From Thermodesulfobacteriota bacterium (GTDB lineage Bacteria > Desulfobacterota > Desulfobacteria > Desulfobacterales > SURF-7): DNA of 64,000 nt. The notes under the pieces are model-generated. The model searched no databases and was not told the origin of the DNA. It saw only the letters and a list, made by a program, of their open reading frames with translations. The stretch spans positions 1-64,000 of the forward strand of contig JBMORA010000030.1 in the NCBI GenBank assembly GCA_049320885.1, given 5' to 3'. Shown here piece after piece: positions 58,892 through 64,000 of the stretch. Numbering within the stretch: position 1 is the stretch's first letter; each line of letters begins with the position of its first letter. Made by a program: the position numbers and the translations under genes.

Positions 58892-60292
58892 TCACTTCCT
58901 GCGCACCCGCACCAGTTTGCGGCGCTTCTGGGGGCTGTCGCCGCCGGCCGGAGGGGGGATCGGCGGTCCCAGATGATTCTGGGAAAAGGAGCAGGTGGCC
59001 CGCGGGCATTTCAGGCCGACGCGGTCTTGGGCGGTGAATTCCACCAGGAAGCTGTTCCGGCATAGCGGGCAGGAAAAGGCATGCGGTTTCCCCCAGCTGA
59101 TGAACCCGCAGTTCCCGTTGGAACAGGTATAATATTTCCGACGGGTTTCCGTTTCCTCCATGCGGATCCTGCCGGTGTGACATAAGGGGCATTCCATGGC
59201 CAGGTTTTCCTGGAAGGCCTCGATTTTTTTCTCTATGCCGGGCAGTTCGTCCCCATCCGGCGGAGATTCCGTTTTCTTTTCCTGCAAGCGCATTTCCGCT
59301 TCCCGGGCCTGGATTTCCAGCTCCCGGGCTCTGATCTCGGCTTCCCGGGCTCTGATCTCCGCTTCCCGGGCGGCGATTTCCGCCGCTTTCATTTGCGCCT
59401 CCCGGGCCGCCAGTTCCGCCGCTTTTTGCTCCGCTTCCAGGGCCGCTTGATGAGCCGCCGCCGGCCCGGAATCCGGTACATCCCCGACGGCCGTTCCGTT
59501 CACTGGAAACTCCGGTTCCGACTCCGGCTTTTGTTCCGGCTGCCCGGCAGGCTGTTCCACCGGCCGCTTGGGAAACAACTCCTGGACCGCCACGGCGCCA
59601 GACGGACGAACGCTCTGGTACACCTTGGGAGTCGGAACGGCTTGCTCGTCGCGGCTTCGCAATCTGGACAGGCGCTCGGTAAACGCGGACTTCACGTCTT
59701 CCGATATTTTCCTGGACTCAAAGGATCCGACGACTTTGTCCACATGTTTTTTCAGGGTCTCTTTTTCGTTTTGCTGCAGTTTCTGTTTCGACAGGGGAAT
59801 ACCCTGGGACAGGAGGGTCTGGTCGAACTGTTCGAGAGCATCCTGCAGTTTTTTCCGGTTACTGATCACTTCGTTGATCATCTGCAGGATGTACCCCACC
59901 AGGTTCAATCCGGTCATTCCCGGGAAAAGATTGTCCAGGAAACTCACCAGCGCGAAGGCGGAAATCTGGGCATGGTAGCGGTCATCGTCCAGGATGGCCA
60001 CGTACCCGTGCTGCACCAATGTCTGAAACGAGAGCATCAGGTCATCATCGACCTCCAGTCCGATGTCGGCCAGATCGTCGAAAAAGGTTTCCCGGGTGTA
60101 ACGTTTGGGGGGAGATGCCGGAAATTTGCGGATTTCATTCTCCCGTTCCACGATCAACAGGAGACAGGAAATGGATGAAAGCGTGAATGTAACGGTGTTC
60201 GCAAGGGTCTGCAGCTCCAGCAGGCGCTGAATATGCCTGACGATCACCGCGTCGAATTGCGCCCTGACTTCCGCGAGCTCTGTCTGTTCCAT
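58892..60292 (-). CDS. Hypothetical protein with coiled coil and C-terminal topoisomerase-type C4 Zn-ribbons
   Basis: CPLC...CSNGNC.F.SW.KP...CPLC...CPRATC; AREAEIR repeats; basic tail KRRKLVRVRRK. Confidence 0.75.
   Translation of the reverse strand: MEQTELAEVRAQFDAVIVRHIQRLLELQTLANTVTFTLSSISCLLLIVERENEIRKFPASPPKRYTRETFFDDLADIGLEVDDDLMLSFQTLVQHGYVAILDDDRYHAQISAFALVSFLDNLFPGMTGLNLVGYILQMINEVISNRKKLQDALEQFDQTLLSQGIPLSKQKLQQNEKETLKKHVDKVVGSFESRKISEDVKSAFTERLSRLRSRDEQAVPTPKVYQSVRPSGAVAVQELFPKRPVEQPAGQPEQKPESEPEFPVNGTAVGDVPDSGPAAAHQAALEAEQKAAELAAREAQMKAAEIAAREAEIRAREAEIRARELEIQAREAEMRLQEKKTESPPDGDELPGIEKKIEAFQENLAMECPLCHTGRIRMEETETRRKYYTCSNGNCGFISWGKPHAFSCPLCRNSFLVEFTAQDRVGLKCPRATCSFSQNHLGPPIPPPAGGDSPQKRRKLVRVRRK
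59286..59446 (-). repeat. Intragenic heptad repeat (AREAEIR-like)
   Basis: Near-tandem 21-nt units (e.g. cttcccgggctctgatctc) encoding AAREAQMKAAEIAAREAEIRAREAEIRARELEIQAREAEM. Confidence 0.75.
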
Positions 60293-60302
60293 TGGATTGT
60301 TC

Positions 60303-60722
60303 TCAATCCTTGTTTATTTCGGTCATCATCTCGGCTATCTGGGATGCCATCTGGGAAACCTGCTGATTGGCGGGATCCCCGTTCGCCTCAGCACCGGGGT
60401 CATCCTGCACAGTTTCCGATTTCCGGTCTTCATCACTGTACGCTGAATCTCCCTGACGATCAACGGCCGTCACCTCGATGCATTCCCCTTTTCTGTCGAA
60501 TAAAACCGAGAGCGCGACTTTTACATCAAATTCAAGCCGGTAGGCAATTTGCTCGTTGTGAACGACCAAATCCCCTTTGCGATACTCGATTTCATCCTGC
60601 AGACCGAGATGGTATTTTTCGCGGAACAGTTGTTCGATGGCCTGCCAGTCCAAATCTCCGGTAATGGCGTCGATCAGCTCTTTTTCACTGCTTTTGATGG
60701 TTTCGGAATCGGTGATTTTCAC
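60303..60722 (-). CDS. Small acidic hypothetical protein
   Basis: 139-aa GTG-start ORF filling the gap between the ParA-like and Zn-ribbon genes on the same strand; GGAGA RBS. Confidence 0.7.
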   Translation of the reverse strand: MKITDSETIKSSEKELIDAITGDLDWQAIEQLFREKYHLGLQDEIEYRKGDLVVHNEQIAYRLEFDVKVALSVLFDRKGECIEVTAVDRQGDSAYSDEDRKSETVQDDPGAEANGDPANQQVSQMASQIAEMMTEINKD

Positions 60723-60743
60723 TGGTTCTCCATGGCAAAAAGA

Positions 60744-61511
60744 TCAGTTTTTATATATTATATTGATAAGTTCCACCGAAAAATCGAGATAGGACCGAGC
60801 CCCCCGGCTCATGATGTCATGCAGGTGAACCGGGCGGCTCTTCATAAAAGACTCCGGAACCGCTTTGTCATGGGGGATGCGGGTTGTGAAAGACGGTAGT
60901 CCGCCGGGCAAGCCATCGTCGGAGATTGTCCCCGCCTGGGGCTGATGCCCGCCGGTATCGGCAACCAGGATGCCGGCGATCCGCAATGCCGGATTCAACT
61001 CTTTCTGGACGATTGCGACCACGTCCTGCAAATGCCGCAGCGCGGCGATTCCCCGGGACGTGGGTTGAAACGGAATGACCAGCCAATCCGCCGCGGCCAG
61101 GGTGCAAACCGTAAAAAAGCCCAGGGTGGACGGCGAGTCCATTACAATGATATCGAAGGAGGGCGAGGATTTCCGGGCCAGTCTGCTCAGAATCATTTCT
61201 TTGCCGGGCTTCACGGCCAGTTTATACTCGGCCTGAAACAAATCAATCCGGGACGGCAGAATATGGAGCCGGTCCAGCTCCGTCGCCTTCATGATATCAT
61301 CCGGCAGGGCCTGACCCATGAAGGCGTCATACAGGGACGGCCCCTGATCCATATCCGGAATCCCCAGCCATTGTGTGGCCGCGGCCTGGGGATCGCAGTC
61401 CATCAGCAGGGTCGTTTTTTCCATCAGCGCAAAGGACGCCGCCAGACTGACGGCGGTAGCGGTCTTGCCGCTTCCGGCTATTTGGTTGGATATGCAGATG
61501 ATTTCAGTCAT
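60744..61511 (-). CDS. ParA/Soj-family ATPase with deviant P-loop
   Basis: NQIAGSGKTATAVSLAA, LLMDCDPQ, ILPSRIDL, DIIVMDSPSTLG, ADWLVIP, LNPALRIAGIL. Confidence 0.85.
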   Translation of the reverse strand: MTEIICISNQIAGSGKTATAVSLAASFALMEKTTLLMDCDPQAAATQWLGIPDMDQGPSLYDAFMGQALPDDIMKATELDRLHILPSRIDLFQAEYKLAVKPGKEMILSRLARKSSPSFDIIVMDSPSTLGFFTVCTLAAADWLVIPFQPTSRGIAALRHLQDVVAIVQKELNPALRIAGILVADTGGHQPQAGTISDDGLPGGLPSFTTRIPHDKAVPESFMKSRPVHLHDIMSRGARSYLDFSVELINIIYKN

Positions 61512-61643
61512 ATTGTTTTTTACCACACAAATGAATATTTGGGAAGACGGTTTTCCGGAGAGCGCCGGGAAATCGCATTCAAAAGGCCAAACAGGCACTC
61601 CTTCATCCCTGCTGGAAGCAGCGGCCGGGGGAAAAGCGGCTGC

Positions 61644-61672
61644 TTGAACAATCGCAACAACTATCGTATACT
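61644..61672 (+). promoter_or_regulatory. Putative sigma70 promoter of the FGE-like/xerD unit
   Basis: TTGAAC (61644-61649), 17 nt, TATACT (61667-61672). Confidence 0.6.
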
Positions 61673-61773
61673 CCGGTTGTCTGTTTCCCCGCGACCGTTT
61701 TCTGCGCTTTCACCCGGGGCCGCGATTGGTTGGATGCCGTGGGAACGGCCGGTCCGAATCCCGAGGAGGCTGC

Positions 61774-63447
61774 TTGCCGTCTTCCATATCCCTTGAAGGT
61801 ATTGATCTGGCCATCGCCCATCTGAATTATCGCAATGTCCACGCGCCCAAATACAAACTCATTCACGCCATCCGGCGGTATTATGATTCCGCCGACGCCA
61901 TCCGAAAACTCCGGCGCATCGACACGGCAGAACTGATCCGGCTCATCTGGGATCTTGGTGACGATCCGGATCTGATCAAATCCAAGCGGAAAAATTTCAA
62001 CAGCATCCGTTCCACCGTGAACGCCGACCTCCTGAATCTGTATCGCGACGATAAAAATCCCGAAGGGATCGCCATCTCCGCCGACAACATCTTCGAAATG
62101 TCGGACAGCGCCAAGGATGAACTCCTTTCCTCCTTTTCCGACGCCGTTCAATCAGGCGGCGGCGCATCCCTGAAAAAAATATCCGAGGTGCTGGGCCTGC
62201 TGAATGAGCTCCTGACGGAACCGCAAAAACTCACGGAAACGGATTCAAGGGACGAACTGCTTAGGATCGCGGAACTGGTGAAAGGCTTGTCCCAAAAAGT
62301 CGTCGGCGACGGTGGGGCGGACGTCCGCCCCGGCGAGTCGCCATCCGGTCAGACCGACGACCTGGAAACCGTGGACGAGGACGAGATCGTCGAGGTCGAC
62401 GAGGACCTGGTGGAGACCCTGGAGGAAGAAGCGGCCGCCGACGCTCCGGCCGACGACCTGGAAACCGTGGACGAGGACGAGATCGTCGAGGTCGACGAGG
62501 ACCTGGAAACCGTGGATGAAGACGAGATCGTGGAAGTCGATGAGTGGCCTCCTGGTGACTTGGGCGCCGAGGTCGGCATGCCGTTCGGCCCCGCAGATGA
62601 ACACCGCCCTGAACCGGACGATGATCTCCTGTCGGAACAATTTGACGGGTATCTGGGCGCCATGGAACGCTATTACAACCAGTACATCCATGTACCCGCC
62701 GGCGAATATACCATCGGGAGAAAGCGGCCTCACACCAACGAATTGCCTCTTCAGCAGGTCTATCTCCCCGGTTTTTACATGGGCAAATACCCGGTGACCA
62801 ATGCCCTTTTCGAGGTCTTCGTGGAAAAAACCGGCTATGTAACCACAGCGGAAAAAAGAGGCTGGGGGATCGTGTACGTCGGACGCTTCCGGAATGACCG
62901 GGACCCCAAAACCGGCAAACGCAAGTCCCTGTGGAATACCAGCACCCAAAAAAATCAGGTCCAGGGAGCGTTCTGGTATCAACCGGCGGGTCCGGGCAGC
63001 ACCCTGCATCACAAACGCAATCACCCGGTGGTCCAGGTCAGCCTGGCCGATGCCCGGGCCTTTGCCGCCTGGACCGGGAAAAGACTGCCCGGCGAGCTGG
63101 AGTGGGAGGCCGCCATGCGATCGGATTCGGCTTTCGTCTATCCCTGGGGCAACGAATGGCGTGAAAAAAACTGCAACACGGAAAAATCCGCCGTGGCCGA
63201 CACCACGCCCGTGGACCGGTATCCCGAGGGCCTCAACTCCTTCGGCATCGCCGACGCCATCGGCAATGTGCTGGAATGGACCGCCGACGAAACCAAAACA
63301 CCCTTTGCAGCCGTTCGCAAGGCCGTGTACCATAGCGTGCGGGGCGGCAGCTGGATCTCAGGAGACGAGGTCACCCTGCTCACCCGTTTCCGGTTTGAAG
63401 TCACCTACACCTCCAACATTCTGGGATTCCGCTGCGTGGCGGATTGA
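61774..63447 (+). CDS. SUMF1/FGE-fold domain protein with N-terminal extension and acidic repeats
   Basis: C-terminal VPAGEYTIG, YPVTNALF, HPVVQVS..DA.AFA.W.GKRLP.E.EWE, GNVLEW, RGGSW, GFRC; TTG start at 61774 after GAGGAGG. Confidence 0.85.
   Translation: MPSSISLEGIDLAIAHLNYRNVHAPKYKLIHAIRRYYDSADAIRKLRRIDTAELIRLIWDLGDDPDLIKSKRKNFNSIRSTVNADLLNLYRDDKNPEGIAISADNIFEMSDSAKDELLSSFSDAVQSGGGASLKKISEVLGLLNELLTEPQKLTETDSRDELLRIAELVKGLSQKVVGDGGADVRPGESPSGQTDDLETVDEDEIVEVDEDLVETLEEEAAADAPADDLETVDEDEIVEVDEDLETVDEDEIVEVDEWPPGDLGAEVGMPFGPADEHRPEPDDDLLSEQFDGYLGAMERYYNQYIHVPAGEYTIGRKRPHTNELPLQQVYLPGFYMGKYPVTNALFEVFVEKTGYVTTAEKRGWGIVYVGRFRNDRDPKTGKRKSLWNTSTQKNQVQGAFWYQPAGPGSTLHHKRNHPVVQVSLADARAFAAWTGKRLPGELEWEAAMRSDSAFVYPWGNEWREKNCNTEKSAVADTTPVDRYPEGLNSFGIADAIGNVLEWTADETKTPFAAVRKAVYHSVRGGSWISGDEVTLLTRFRFEVTYTSNILGFRCVAD
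62354..62544 (+). repeat. Intragenic acidic repeat DLETVDEDEIVEVDE x3
   Basis: 45-nt unit at 62359-62403, 62455-62499 and 62500-62544; 62354-62410 and 62450-62506 are identical over 57 nt. Confidence 0.9.
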
Positions 63448-63452
63448 GGCTC

Positions 63453-64000
63453 ATGAATCCATTTGACCCGCTGATCGACCGGTATGTGAATTACCTCTTG
63501 ATCGAAAAAGGGCTGTCCGCCAACACCATTTCCGCCTACAGCGCCGATTTAAGCGCCTACAGCCGTTTCGCCTCCGAAAACGGAATCACGGGGGTCGAAG
63601 GAATCGATCAGGCCGCCATCCTGAAATACATGATCGAAATGCGCCAATCCGGCCTGAATGCCAAATCCAGGGCCCGGCACCTGGTGACCCTGCGTGGTTT
63701 TCATAAATTTCTGCTGAATGAAAACATCCTGGCCCAGGATCCCACAGCGGCCCTGGATTTACCAAAGACAGGCCTGCGCCTGCCGGAAGTCCTTTCCGTT
63801 GACGATATCGCCAGGCTTCTGCACGCACCGGACCAGGAAAAGCCGCGGGGGCTGCGGGACAGCGCCATGATCGAGCTGCTGTACGCTGCCGGCATGCGGG
63901 TGTCGGAACTCATCGGCATGAAGCTGCAGGACATCAACCTGGAGGCCGGCTTTGTCCGGGTCTACGGCAAGGGTGACAAGGAACGGATCGTGCCCGTCGG
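63453..64000 (+). CDS. xerD: Site-specific tyrosine recombinase XerD (3' truncated by window edge)
   Basis: My translation from ATG 63453: MNPFDPLIDRYVNYLLIEKGLSANTISAYSADL...LRGFHKFL...LPEVLS...GLRDSAMIELLYAAGMRVSEL...GKGDKERIVP. Confidence 0.92.
   Translation, partial: MNPFDPLIDRYVNYLLIEKGLSANTISAYSADLSAYSRFASENGITGVEGIDQAAILKYMIEMRQSGLNAKSRARHLVTLRGFHKFLLNENILAQDPTAALDLPKTGLRLPEVLSVDDIARLLHAPDQEKPRGLRDSAMIELLYAAGMRVSELIGMKLQDINLEAGFVRVYGKGDKERIVPV

Noticed and set aside
62354..62544. Direct repeats as a CRISPR array
   Set aside because: In-frame coding repeats, two of them adjacent with no spacer; no cas genes
63330..63447. FGE-type C-terminus as a diversity-generating retroelement variable region
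   Set aside because: No adenine-variant template repeat and no reverse transcriptase seen in the window; the next gene is xerD
63453..64000. Tyrosine recombinase as a prophage or island integrase
   Set aside because: Sequence fits housekeeping XerD (EKGLSANT..AY..DL, LRDSAMIELLYA.GMRVSEL); no att site, tRNA or phage genes nearby

Overview
Chromosomal core/housekeeping window from a probable sulfate-reducing Desulfobacterota (Desulfobacterales-like) bacterium; the taxon is inferred from gene content. I see no rRNA, tRNA, CRISPR array, IS or prophage. Left to right: the end of a Liv-type ABC transporter operon plus a degenerate PaaK-like protein; pncB-usp-argC-ACT (minus strand); a domain-swapped ADP-forming acyl-CoA synthetase; a three-gene operon of a membrane DUF2760 protein and two atypical Hsp70s; an ~18 kb surface-polysaccharide cluster (DegT aminotransferase, GT2-GT4 fusion, flippase, GTs, methyltransferase, AsnB-like amidotransferase, PglF/CapD-like dehydratase, rfbBACD); purB; an ilvD-ilvB-ilvN-ilvC-cimA-leuA operon; divergent secreted CHI-fold and TPR-like proteins; ugd-gmd-fcl-wecA-like-pyrD; a futalosine menaquinone cluster (tetR-mqnB-mqnD convergent with mqnE-mqnC-deaminase-mqnA); and an uncharacterised cluster (deviant ParA, acidic protein, wHTH/coiled-coil/Zn-ribbon protein, and a divergent non-catalytic FGE-fold protein) running into xerD. 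Best finds: (1) an unannotated Ile/Leu/Val leader-peptide attenuator ahead of ilvD, with terminator, antiterminator and protector pairings all visible; (2) the deviant-ParA/Zn-ribbon/FGE-xerD cluster as a candidate undescribed chromosome-associated system; (3) the DUF2760 (GrpE-like?) plus double Hsp70 module; (4) a probable PaaK pseudoenzyme; (5) a TGACCA-N2-TGGTCA operator on the mqnE promoter, near a TetR gene; (6) a probable NADH-type IlvC. All family assignments are by-eye motif recognition, not database searches.
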